Below, one piece after another: positions 24,498 to 36,408 of a stretch of DNA of 64,000 bases. The stretch comes from Malacoraja senta (lineage: Eukaryota). The number at the start of each line of letters is the position of its first letter. The first letter of the stretch is position 1. Under the pieces are notes generated by a model. That model was not told where the DNA came from, did not search any database, and saw only the letters and a list, made by a program, of their open reading frames with translations. The stretch is taken from assembly GCA_038087875.1 (NCBI GenBank), contig CM075990.1:5396001-5460000 (forward strand). The letters run 5' to 3'. Position numbers and translations under genes: made by a program.

Positions 24498-27075
24498 GAA
24501 CTAAAAATCTTCCCTCGGCTTCCCTCTAAACCTCTTAATCATTACCTTTAAGACCAGAGGACGTCTAAGGTGAGGATTAAGAGGGAAGCTGAGAAAGACA
24601 TTTCTGCTATAGGGAAGAGTTTCTTATCTACCTTATCTATGCTTCTTGGAATCTTGTACACCTCTCTCGTTCCCCCTCAGCCGCCTGTGTCCAAAGAAAA
24701 ACAAACCCAACTCATCCAGTCTCTCCTTATAACTGGAGTCTTATCTGCTGGTGAAAGTAGGAACAAGGACCTGCAGAGGCTGGTTTACCGAGGAAAGGCA
24801 TAAAATGCTTGAGTAACTCAGCGGGTGAGGCAGCATCCTTGGCGAACATGGATAGGTGACGTTTCGGGTCAGAACCCCCTTCTTTAGAACTTTCAGATCA
24901 GAAACTGAATCTTCTCTGCTCCTTCATCAGTGCAATCATTTAATTCCTGTAGTGTTGTGAACAGAATTGCATGTAATATTCAGGCTGTAGTCTGTTCAAA
25001 GTTTGAAGTCATAGATTTATAGAGTCATACTGCGCGGAAACAGGCCCTTTGGCCCAATCTGCCCACAGCGACCAACATGCCCTATCTACACTAGTCCCAC
25101 CTACCTGCGTTTGGCCCATATCCCTCTAAATCTGTCCTATCCATGTACCTGCCCAAATGTTTCGTAAACGTAAAGGTTGCGATAAGACCTGCTTCAACTT
25201 GTCCCATGTTCTCCTGCTCCTACATTCAATACACCTGATAATCAAGTCAAGTTTGCCATATACCTTCTTTACACCCCACATCTCCAAGTGTTGCCACCAT
25301 CAAGGATCTTTACACGTACAGCAAGGTCCCTTTGTTCCACACTACAAGTCAAGTCAAGTCAAGTCGAGTCACTTTTATTTCTATAGCACATTTAAAAAAC
25401 AACTCTCGTTGACCAAAGTGCTTTACATTGGTGGAGGTAGTAACGTTATACAACAGTGGTTCATAGATTAAGTACAGACATAAATACATACATATAGCCC
25501 TCCCTCAGAGGACGTCAAGAAAGGCTTGAGAGTAAAGATGTGTTTTAAGTCTCGACTTAAAAGAGTCGATGGAGGGGGCAGTTCTGATGGGAAGGGGGAT
25601 GCTGTTCCACAGTCTAGGAGCTGCAACCGCAAAGGCGCGGTCGCCCCTGAGCTTATGCCTGGACCACGGGATGTTCAGTAACCCCAAGTCGGACGATCTG
25701 AGGGACCTGGGGGTGGTGTGGTGGGTAAGCAGACAATTGATGTAGGTGGGGGCAAGCCCGTTAAGGGCTTTGTAAACATAAAGAAGGATCTTGAAATCTA
25801 CACTCTATGTCCCTGCCATTCATGATATATGCCCAATCTTAGCAAACACTCGCAAAATGCATCACTTATACTTAGCTGGGTTACATTCTATCTGCAATTA
25901 CTCTGCCAAGCTACCAACTAATTAACAGCATTTTGTACATTCTCTCACTACAAACAACATCACCACTTTTTGTGTCACCTGCAAACTTACCTGAGTTATT
26001 AATGTATAGAAGAGCAAGGTTCCCAGCATCAGTCTCTGTGTTACACCACTGACCACAGGCTTCCCATCACAAAAGCAGCCCTCCAATGTCACCCAATATC
26101 TCCTGTTGCCGAGCTAATTTTGGATACAATCTGCTAAAATGCCTTGGTTCCCAGAGGTTCTCCTATTTGGACCAGCCTTCGAAGCTAGACATTGTCCGAG
26201 GCCCTACCGAAGTATAAGTAGATTACGTGAGCTATACTGCATTAATCAATATATCTTGTTTGATTTCAAAAATACTCTATTGATCAGAAAGGATCTCCGA
26301 CCAATAATTCAGTGCTGACTATCCTTGATCCATCCGTGTCTTGCCACTAACATTAGTCTAACTGGCCTGTAATGATATCGCTTATCCCTAATGCAGTTCT
26401 TGAATCAAGGTACCACAATAGCAGTCCTCCTGTCATCTGGCACCATACCCGTGGCCACAGAACTTTTACATTTCAATGTCAGGGTCCTGGCCTGGGATAA
26501 ATCTCATGTCCTGGAGTTACATCTACTTTATGTCATAAACTAATACTTCCTTCTTTTTATTCTTAGCATGTTTTCGAATTTATACCGCCACAAATGAAAT
26601 CTCCAATAACAATATCTTTCTTCTCAGTGAATACAGTTTAAAAATGATACATTTCAGACCTTGTCCATGTCATCTTGTTGCCCGCATGTCTCTTTGGTTT
26701 GTAATGGATCCCATTCTTTCCCTGGTTACTCTTAACATACTCATAAAATACCCAGAGATTTTCCTTAATGTCATCTGATATTTGTGGCCCCTCGTTACCC
26801 TACTAGTTTATTTTGTAAGCTACCCTCCTGTTGTCTCGATACTCTCGGAGGACCTCCCTACAATTTCAGTCCTCTATACCTACCATATGCTTCCCTTTGT
26901 TTCTTTATCCATTCTGTGATTTGCCCTCATACCTGCTCCTCAGTCTCCCAGTAACTGTGGGGAGGACCAAAATATAATGCCATCAAAGAGATTGCTCTTG
27001 TTATTATTTCTGAACTCAACCCATATGGCCTCATTGAAGAGCCTTCTAAGACATGCAGTGACAGTCTCCACCATA
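24498..27075 (-). mobile_element. Old, degenerate CR1 ORF2 remnant (continues at ~20580-20725), interrupted by younger elements
   Basis: Diverged reverse-strand similarity to the young CR1 in this window; no open frame. Confidence 0.6.
25346..25800 (-). mobile_element. L2-clade LINE 3' fragment
   Basis: RGDRAFAVAAPRLWNSIPLPIRTAPSIDSFKSRLKTHLYSQAF, followed by AATAAA and a (GACTT)n tail on the minus strand. Confidence 0.8.
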
Positions 27076-27256
27076 AATAATGTCTGAAGAAAGATCCAGA
27101 CCAGAAAGGTCACCTATGCATGTTCTCCAGAGATGCTGCGTGACCTACAGAGTTAGTCCAGCACTTTGGCCATCCTGTTTTACATTCACGCCCCAACCCA
27201 CCTGCCATCATTAGGCCTTAACTTTCTATACCCTGGAATGATGGGTTCATCAGAGA

Positions 27257-27987
27257 TCATCTCTTCCCACCCAAACCACCCCCTCCCCAGGTACCTTCCA
27301 TTGCAACCGCAGAAGATGCAACACCTGTCCCTGTACCTCCTCCCTTGACTCTGTCCAGGGACCCCAACAGTCCTTTCAGGTTAGGCAGAGGTTCACTTGC
27401 ACCACCTCCAACCTCATCTACTGTATCCGTTGTTCTTATATATTGGTGAGACCAAACGTTGACTGGGCGATCGTTTCACTGAACACCTTCGCTCAGTCCG
27501 CCTGAACCTATCTCATCTCCTGGTTGGTAAACACTTTAATTCTCCTTCCCTTCCCACACAGACATTTCTGTCCTAGGTCTCCTCCATTGTCAGAGTGAGG
27601 TTAAGCGTAAATTGGAGGAACAGCATCTCATATTTCGCTTGGGCAGCTTGCAGCCCATTTCTCTTAACTTCAGATAGCCCCGGCATTCCCTCTCTATCTA
27701 ACCCTCCCACACCCAAGTCTCACCAGCTTCTCGTTTTCACCCAACAAATAGCTAACAATGGCCTGTTTCCTTTATGATCGTTACTTTTTTCATTCATTGT
27801 TCTTTATCTCTCTCCGCCATCGTCTATATCTCTCATTTCCATTATGCCTAACCAGTCCGAAGAAGGGTCTCGACCCGAAACGTCACCCATTCCTTCTCTC
27901 CAGAGATGCTGCCTGTCCCGCTGAGTTACTCCAGCTTTTTGAGTCTATCTTCAGATTAAACCATCATCTGCAGTTCCTTCTTACACA
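27257..27987 (+). mobile_element. Penelope-like element 3' fragment (GIY-YIG endonuclease + pLTR)
   Basis: Translates PGTFHCNRRRCNTCP...FQVRQRFTCTTSNLIYCIRC...YIGETKR..GDRFTEHLRSV; the 3' region carries a hammerhead-like core at ~27857. Confidence 0.85.
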
Positions 27988-29217
27988 TCTTTTAGTTTAG
28001 TTTAGTTTGGAGATGCAGCGTGGAAACAGGCACTTCGGCCCAACGAGTCCATGCCGACCAGCGATCCCCGCACACAAGGGACAATTTACAGTTTTGTCAA
28101 GCCAATTAGCCGTTAAACCTGTATGTGTTTGGAACGGTCGAACCCGGGTCTCTGCCTGATCAGTCGGTTTCCTTGCATTAAATTAGATGAAATTTGGTCT
28201 TCCAATCCTCCATATTCCTTATCAGGCCCATGCCTATGTCTAAAGGGATCAGGGAGTATGGAGAGAAGACAGGTACAGGATACTGAGTTGGATGATCAGC
28301 CATGATCATATTGAATGGCGGTGCAGGCTCGAAGGGCCGAATGGCCTACTCCTGCACCTATTTTCTATGTTTCTATGTTTCTATTCTTCCGACTGAGATG
28401 ACTTTGTTTTTGTCTATCATATTTGACTGAACTCACCACCAACATTTTATCTTTCTCCCTAGGATAGTTTCAAAGAAATCTGTAACTGTGAGTTGGTTTA
28501 TATTGCGAGCAGTCACTTAATAATTGGTCTGAAGTTAGTGCTGAAGGCACAGCAATGGCCGATTTCAAGGCTAGAAAGAAATAAGTGAGCATATCTCGTG
28601 CTTCGAGTTGATTGTGGTGATATATTTTAATTGTTTTGGTTTCAAAGTTTGTATGTACAGTAAATCTTTTGCTTGTGCTCAATGTTTGGGTAATATTTAT
28701 GAAACACATTCAATGACCTAGAACATGAGGTGCAGTCCAGATAGAGTATAGTGTCAGTTGGGGGCAGAAAGGAAATGTATAAAATGCAGTATGTGTATTT
28801 CTTTACAAGTGTATTCTGTGTAAGTGTAACCCAGTTTTAAGCAAGGTTGATATTTGTGGCGTTACAAGTTTAATGATGGATGAGGATAAGTGGAAGATAG
28901 AATGCGAGTGTTTAGGATTTGGTCGCGCGGATTAATCATCTGTAGTTTCCTTTATGTAGTAGATACTGGTAGCATAGGTGGTGAGAGTAGGTATTGAGGG
29001 GGTAGGAAGGAACTGCAGATGCTGGTTTAAACGAAGATAGACACAAAATGCTGGAGTAACTCAGGCAGCATCTCTGGAGACAAGGAATGGATGATTTTAT
29101 CGGTCGAGACCCTTCTTTAGACTGGTCAGATGGTCTGAAGAATGGTCTCGAACTAAAATGTCATCCATTCCTTCTCTCCAGGTATTGAGGGGGGTTGTTC
29201 TGGGATGCCAGAACTAA

Positions 29218-29432
29218 AGGGCCTGTCCCACTTGGGCGTCATTTGCACGTCACGCAGATGGCGCGCGAAGATTTTGTACATCCCAAAATCCTGGGGCGCC
29301 GCACGCGATCGCGCGTCACTGCCTACGTCACCACGCACCATGCACGCGTAATGCGCACCGTGCGCAGCATGACGTGTGCGTCATGACGTGTAAATGATGT
29401 CGCGCAAATGACGCCCAAGTGGGACAGGCCCT
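29218..29432. mobile_element. PIF/Harbinger-like MITE
   Basis: TIR AGGGCCTGTCCCACTTGGGCGTCATTTGC / GCAAATGACGCCCAAGTGGGACAGGCCCT; TAA on the left flank. Confidence 0.8.
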
Positions 29433-31354
29433 TCTGTTGATCCTTCCCGAGAGTGCCCACTTGAAAACGCCTGTGATATACTTGCATCTACACGAGCAGT
29501 TTTTTAAAAGTGCTTGTTAAAATGTAGGTAGCTGATTATTGCATCTGGAGTTAGTTATTGTCCTTAGCATTAGTTGGTATAATCTGTTTAGATAGCACTT
29601 CACCTTTGGGCTTGGCTTTCTTGGTTGTGCACTTATCCTGGTGTTATAGCCCAAGTGCTTTGTGTTTTAATTGTAATTATCTACTTCTGCATTTTGAAAA
29701 TAACAAGATTATGATGTGTGACACAACTCAGTAAACTGGAGTAGAGTGTTCGTCCCCTGAGCCTAATATGTTGCAGCACTCTCTGACTTATAACAGACAT
29801 AAGCTCCACTCCCCTGAGAGGCTGATAATATCGCATCCATAAAAACGTCAACCAGTAAAAGACATCAAAGCAGACTGTTCATGAAAGAAAAGTTGGCCTT
29901 TTAAAAAACATTTGTATGTGTTGGAAATTGATGTATTGTCATCAGGCTAAGTTCCTAAAGTACTTGAAGAAGGTAAGATGAGTTTATCTCAACTGTCATG
30001 GAAGACATCCAAAAGACACTCAGTCTGAAGAAGGGTCTCGATCGAAAACGTCACCTAGTCCTTTTCTCCAGTGAAAAGCTGCCTGACCCGCTGAACTACT
30101 CCAGCATTTTGTGTCTATCTTCATCCAAAAGATTAGTTGGATTGACAAATTTACATTGTAATTGTGCAGTATTGACAAATGATGTGTAAACTAGGCTAGG
30201 TTTCAATTTCAGCGTTGTGCCAAGGCTAGGAGTTTCTCAACAACCAATTCTGTTAAAATGGCTTTTTAAATGGTTATACAAGAATATCAATTACTTTTTC
30301 CAGAGTCTGTAGTAATGCGTTTATTAGAATGTGTGAAAGAAAGTTCCTTTGAGGCAGAAAGATGTACAGTGCCTGCCAAGCTATAGGCTGTGCTGAAAAT
30401 GTTATTGTAATTCTGTTCAATAATACACTGGCGGTTAGTTCAATAGGGTTATTCATCTCACTAGTCGTTTGCTGTATCTTTCAGATGGTCACATAACCAT
30501 GCTTAGACAAATCTTTAATTCATGAAATGCTGGAGTAAATGAGCAGGTCAGGCAGCATCCCTGAAGAACATGGATAGGTGACGTTTCTGGTCTGGATCCT
30601 TCTTCAAACTTCTGATGAAAAGGATACCGACCTGGAACGTCACTTATCCGTGTTCACCAGGGATGCTGCCTGACCCGCTGAGGTACTCCATCATTTTGTC
30701 TTTCCTTAGTAAACCTGCATCTGCAGTTGCTAGTCTCTAATTCGTGGCCTCCTCTTTCCACAAAAATGTTCGCAAGATTTTGATTTGAAGCAAGTTTTTG
30801 ATTTGATGAAGGAATTGATTTAAGAAATTTTGTACACAGAGAAAAAGAGAAGTAGGAATGGATGAGGATACAAAGTGCTGGAGTAACTCAACAGGTCAGG
30901 CAGCATCTCAGGAAAACATGGATAGATGACATTTCGGGTCCAGACTCTTCTTCAGTCTGAAGAACTGAAACATCTCCTGGACAAGTTCAGCTGTGATGCT
31001 GCCTGACTGAGTTACTCCAGCACTTTGTATCCTTTTTTGTAAACCACCATCTGCAGTTCCATGTTTTTACAGAAGAATGAATTGGTTTAATGAATAACAA
31101 GAGTTTTCAAGGAGCGTCAATATAAAATAATCCTTTGCTTCTGTAATGTACTAAACCAAAGATATATTCATTTCATTGAATGAGCTGGATGTCCTCTCAC
31201 AAATTTAAGTGTGAGTTATTGTTTCTTTAGTTAAGTTCTTTGAAAGGCCAGACCTTTGAGGAGCATGACTTTAGGGTGGAAGGCAGGATTGGATCCAAGT
31301 CCTCAGATGAATTAACTGATAATTGCTAAACAGCAAAATGCATGTTACAATTAG

Positions 31355-31677
31355 ATTTAGTTTAGTTTAGAGATATACCGTGGAAACAGGCCCTTTAGTC
31401 CACTGAATCCGCACCGACCAGCGATCACTAGTTCTATCCTACAGACTAGGAGCAATTTACAGATGCCTATTATATAATAATAATGCCTGATAATGCCTAT
31501 TATTAAAGAACCTACATATCTGCACATCTTTGTGGGAGGAAATTGGAGCATCCAGAGAAAACCCACGTGGTCACAGGGAGAACATACAAACTCCACACAG
31601 CCAACACCCGTAGTCAGGATCAAACCCGGGTCTCTGGTGCTGTGAGGCAGCAAATCTACTGCTGTGCCACTGTGCCG
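31355..31677 (-). mobile_element. V-SINE (HE1-like)
   Basis: Same family, reverse orientation with a (TTTAG)n tail. Confidence 0.85.
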
Positions 31678-31794
31678 CTGAGTGGTCCCTGAGCAGGGAG
31701 GGTAAAATCTGGCCTAAGTTCCATCTGATGAATACTTTTGAATAACTTCATTTGGAATTTGGGCAATAAGAGACGAGGGCAGAGATTGACATTC

Positions 31795-32510
31795 TTATCT
31801 TTGAGTAAGAAGATTGTGGGTTTGAGTTCCAAAGGATAGACTTTCAAACCTGAGCTGGACTGACACTCCCCATCAGTGAAGAGGGCATGTTATGCTATGG
31901 ATGTCCCATATGAGACTTAGTTAGTTAGTTTATTGTCACGTGCACCAGGGTACAGTGAAAAGATTTTGTTCCGTGCTAACCAGTCGGTGGAAAGACAAAA
32001 CAAAGTCCCCCTTTCCTAGAGGACACAAAATATCCCTTGGCACTATTTTGAAAATGTGCGATGGGATTTCCTCCGATGTCTTGAGTAATACTCATCTGTC
32101 AATCTACAGTTCACAAAACAGATCATCTTCTCAGTGTCATCCTGGTGTTGGTGAGAGTCAGCTCTAGTTAATCAGGGACGGCACAGTGGCACAACGGTAG
32201 AGTTGCTGCCTTACAGCACCAGAGACCCGGGTTTGACCCTGACTACAGGGAGTGTCTGTATTGAGTATGTACATTCTCCCCATGACCATGTGGGTTTTCT
32301 CCTGGTGCTCCGGTTTCTTCCTACACTCAAAAGGTTAATTGGCTATGGTAAAAATTGTAAATTGTCCCTAGTGTGTAGGATAGTGTTAGTGCACGAGGAT
32401 CACAGGTCGGCATGGGCACAATGGGCCGAAGGGCCTGTTTCCGTGCTGCATCTCTGGACTCGTTGCCATATTTATATTGTATAATTGGCTGCCACTTTTT
32501 ATATTACGGT
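31795..32510 (+). mobile_element. Deu-domain SINE relic, interrupted
   Basis: ATCCCTTGGCACTATTTTGAA...AAAACAGATCATCT...AATTGGCTGCC. Another copy on the minus strand at ~53780-53960. Confidence 0.55.
32174..32460 (+). mobile_element. V-SINE (HE1-like) inserted in a Deu-domain SINE relic
   Basis: Same family; splits the older element. Confidence 0.8.
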
Positions 32511-33021
32511 CTCATATGAAATGAGCACATTGTTTGACTGTGATGGGCCAGAGAGCTGAATAGCTTTCCAATCCTAATTGGCCATGCTTATACTTGAGGA
32601 GTCATATCTTGGCTGAATCACTGAAAGAAAGAGGGACCTACAAAACAGAACCTCAGTATGGGTCAGTGGCTTCAGGAGGGGGCATGCTGCTGGTGGTGAG
32701 GAAGGATGTTTTGTTGGGCAAGTGGAAGAATTCCAATGATAGTTGAATCAGACTTTACTGTAAAATCAAATATATATATGGAACTAAGGTGTGAATGGTG
32801 GCAGCAGGGGTCAGTGATGGTAGGTAGGTAACTACTTCTACAATTTAACAGAGGGTGGTGAAGGTTAATTGTTCAACCTGAACAGCAGCAGAGTATGGAA
32901 AGTTTCTAAAGTTCTGTCTAAAGGCGTGCTGGTGCTGGAGTTCTGGAAACAGGGCATGCGCTAATTGTGACAGTAACCATGTCATATGTACAACACAATC
33001 GGGACAATATATTTATCCTAA

Positions 33022-33349
33022 TGGGCCTGTCCAACTTACGCGACTTTTTCGTAGGTCGTAGGTCGTTACAGGTCTACGAAAATGTTCAACATGTTGAAAA
33101 TCCAGCGGCGACCAGAACAAGGTACGACTCTTTGGGCGACTAGTCACGACCACACAGGCTTCACCCCATGACATGTCGCCAGGGTGTCACGTGTATGGTC
33201 GTGAGTCGTCTCCTCGGTCGCCCAAAGAGTCGTAGTGTCTTTCTGGTCGCCGCTGGATTTTCAACACGTTGAACATTTTTGCCGACCTGCAACGACCTAT
33301 GACGGGTGCCGGCAGTCGCCGAAAATGTCGCGTAAGTGGGACAGGCCCA
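33022..33349. mobile_element. PIF/Harbinger-like MITE, nearly palindromic
   Basis: TGGGCCTGTCCAACTTACGCGAC / GTCGCGTAAGTGGGACAGGCCCA; a half copy at ~38545-38692. Confidence 0.8.
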
Positions 33350-33676
33350 AAAGGCAAAAGTAAATGGCGGTGTACAAATTTTAGTACAATGGCTTTATCG
33401 CTTGACAGCAATTGGTAAAATCACTGAAGGTGAGATGAGGAGTTTTAACATAACGAATCGTTACCATGTGCAAAAACAAGGAATTTACAAAATTACAGTT
33501 GCAACTTTCAACTTCTTTCGAGGCAAATTCGCCACGATCCAACCGAAGAGTGAAAATGTGAAGGGAGGTACTGCAGATGGTGGTGTGAACTGAAGACAGA
33601 CCCAAAAAGCCGGAATAACTCAACGGGTCAGGCAGGCAGCATCTCTGGAAAAAAGGAGTAGGTGACTTTTTGGGTC

Positions 33677-34060
33677 ATAGACATAGACATAGAAAATAGG
33701 TGCAGGAGGAGGCCATTCGGCCCTTTGAGCCAGCACCGCCATTCATTGTGATCATGGCTGATCGTCCCCAATCAATAACCCATGCCTGCCTTCTCTCCAT
33801 ATCCCTTGATTCCACTAGCCCCTAGAGCTCTATCTAACTCTCTCTTAAATCCATCCAGTGATTTGGCCTCCACTGCCCTCTGTGGCAGGGAATTCCACAA
33901 ATTCACAACTCTCTGGGTGAAAAAGACCTCAGTCTTAAATGGCCTCTCCTTTATTCTAAGACTGTGGCCCCTGGTTCTGGACTCGCCCAACATTGGGAAC
34001 ATTTTTCCTGCATCCAGCTTGTCCAGTCCTTTTACAATTTTATATGTTTCTATAAGATCC
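33677..34060 (-). mobile_element. CR1 LINE 3' fragment
   Basis: GDLIETYKIVKG..RTRGHSLRI..FFTQRVVNLWNSLP, plus tail. Confidence 0.85.
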
Positions 34061-34572
34061 CCCGGGTTCAATCCTGACTATGGGTGCTGTCTGTACTGAG
34101 TTTGTACATTCTCCCTGAGACCTTGTGGGCTTTCTCTGGGTGCTCCGGTTTCCTCCCACCCTCCTAAGACGTGCAAGTTTGGTAAAGATTGTAAATTGTC
34201 CCTAGTGTGTATGATTGTGCTAGTGTACGGGGTGACTGCTGGTCGGTGTGGACCTGGTGGGCCGACCGGCATGTTTCCGTGCTGTATCTCTAAACTAAAA
34301 CTAAACTAAGAATAGGGAGAAAGGGTCGTAGATAACGCTCCATAGTTGCTGCCTCCCCCGCTGAGTTCCTCCAGCATTTTTGTCTACCATAGGGAGAAAG
34401 GGAGTGAAATAGTAGAGAAAACAGTGAAGAAATTACAGTGGGAATGAGAAAAGGAGAAGGCTGGAAGAACTAAATGTAGATAAGTACGATGAAGGAGAAA
34501 GAATGAGAGGAAGAACCAAGACATCGAGCCAGGAAAACAGGAAGCAGAAGCCAGTTTGATTTTCACTCCATG

Positions 34573-35186
34573 AGGGCAGCATGGTGGCGCAGCGGTAGAG
34601 TTGCTGCTTTATAGAGCTTTCTGATCCAGAGACGCGGGTTTGATCCCGACAACGGGCGCTGTCCGTACGGAGTTTGTACATTCTCCCCGTGACTGCGTGA
34701 GTTTTCTCCGAGATCTTCGGTTTCCTCCCACACTCCAAAGACATCGTTCAGTCTGAAGAAGGGTCTTGACCCAAAGCGTCACCCATTCCTTCTCTCCAGA
34801 GATGCTTCCTGTCCCGTTGAGTTACTCCAGCATTTTGTGTCTATCTTCGGTTTAAACCAGCATCTGTAGTTTCTTCCCACATTTGTTGGTTGTTTGGCTT
34901 GGTATAAATTGTAAATTGTGTGTATATATTTATAGAATGGTATATGGACACACTGATCTGTTTTGTAGTCAATGCCTACTATGTTCTGTTATGCTGAAGC
35001 AAAGCAAGAATTTCATTGTCCTATCAGGGACACATGACAATAAACTTCACTTGAACACTTGAACTTGAACTTGAATTATCTCTAGTGTGTAGGACAGTGC
35101 TAGTATACGGGGTGATCACTGGTCGGTGCGGACTCAGTGGGCCGAAGGGCAGCTTTCCGCACTGTATCTCTAAATTAAACTAAAAA
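34573..35186 (+). mobile_element. V-SINE interrupted by a Penelope pLTR fragment and a Rex1-like 3' end
   Basis: Head 34573-34743, pLTR 34744-34881, LINE tail ~34925-35075, SINE 3' end to 35186. Confidence 0.75.
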
Positions 35187-35960
35187 TGGTTTGTACCTGC
35201 TGAAAGTCTGTGTTTCCAGGCTGGCCATTTACCAACACTTTGTATTTCCATCTATTTTCTGCTGTCAACAGCTAAAGATAGAAATAACAAGTGCAGCAGC
35301 ACATCAAATGATGGGGAATAAGAACAACAGTATTCTGAGTTGGTTAAAAATGGATTTATGATGCCATTTTAATAATTGATTGCTGGTCCAATGACAAAGG
35401 TAGGAGAAGTATTGAGGTCATGTAGGCAATTTTTATTAAAATTGTTAAAGAGATTAAAAACCTGAATTTTAAAAAGTACCAATCTCTTTATTGATTACTG
35501 TGCCACGTATCAGTGAGTACAGAACTGGTGGGACATTGCAGATGAATGTGAGGGTTAAGAGATGGTTTGGGAGTTTTACATTCTGAAGGCAATGGGACCT
35601 GCCAAGGGCCAGACCAATACTGTTATAAGGGCCGAGGTGCACCATAACAGGGTTGACATCTGTTCCTCTTGGGCAACTTTGTTATTGTTGTTCGGAGATT
35701 TTAAACTAGTTGGCAGGAGGATGGGAAGAATGGATTCAGAAGATAGAAACGCAGATCTAGGATGGGAAAGCAGGAAATTAATGAGAAGTTTTGGAAGGCA
35801 AAGTTCCGGAAATTTGAAGAGGCTAACTCAAATGGCGTGCAACTCAAGAGTCAAGAGTATTTTATTGTCATATGGCCCAGATAGAATAATGAAATTCTTA
35901 CTTGCAGCAGCACAACAGAATAAGTAAATTTAGTAGTCTGCAAACAACATAATAAACGAG

Positions 35961-35994
<34 letters not shown>

Positions 35995-36092
35995 CCTACA
36001 CTGAACATTTTTTTCTTGTTTATTATATTGTTCGCAGATATATATATATATATATATATATATATCTGCGAACAATATAATATATATATATG

Positions 36093-36213
36093 TTAAGTTA
36101 ATATTTAGACCCTCTTTCAGCTGTGTTCCAGCAATAGTAATAATATTGTAATAATATCATATTTTCACATGTCTCTCATTATTGTTTGTTTTTATGTGCA
36201 TGTATGTGTGTGC

Positions 36214-36247
<34 letters not shown>

Positions 36248-36261
36248 ATATATACACACAC

Positions 36262-36294
<33 letters not shown>

Positions 36295-36408
36295 AATACA
36301 TGCACATAAAAACAAACAATAATGAGAGACATGTGAAAATATGATATTATTACAATATTATTACTATTGCTGGAACACAGCTGAAAGAGGGTCTAAATAT
36401 TAACTTAA
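36093..36408. repeat. 113-bp inverted duplication with a (TA)n/(CA)n spacer
   Basis: 36093-36205 is the reverse complement of 36296-36408, with no mismatch seen by eye. Confidence 0.9.
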
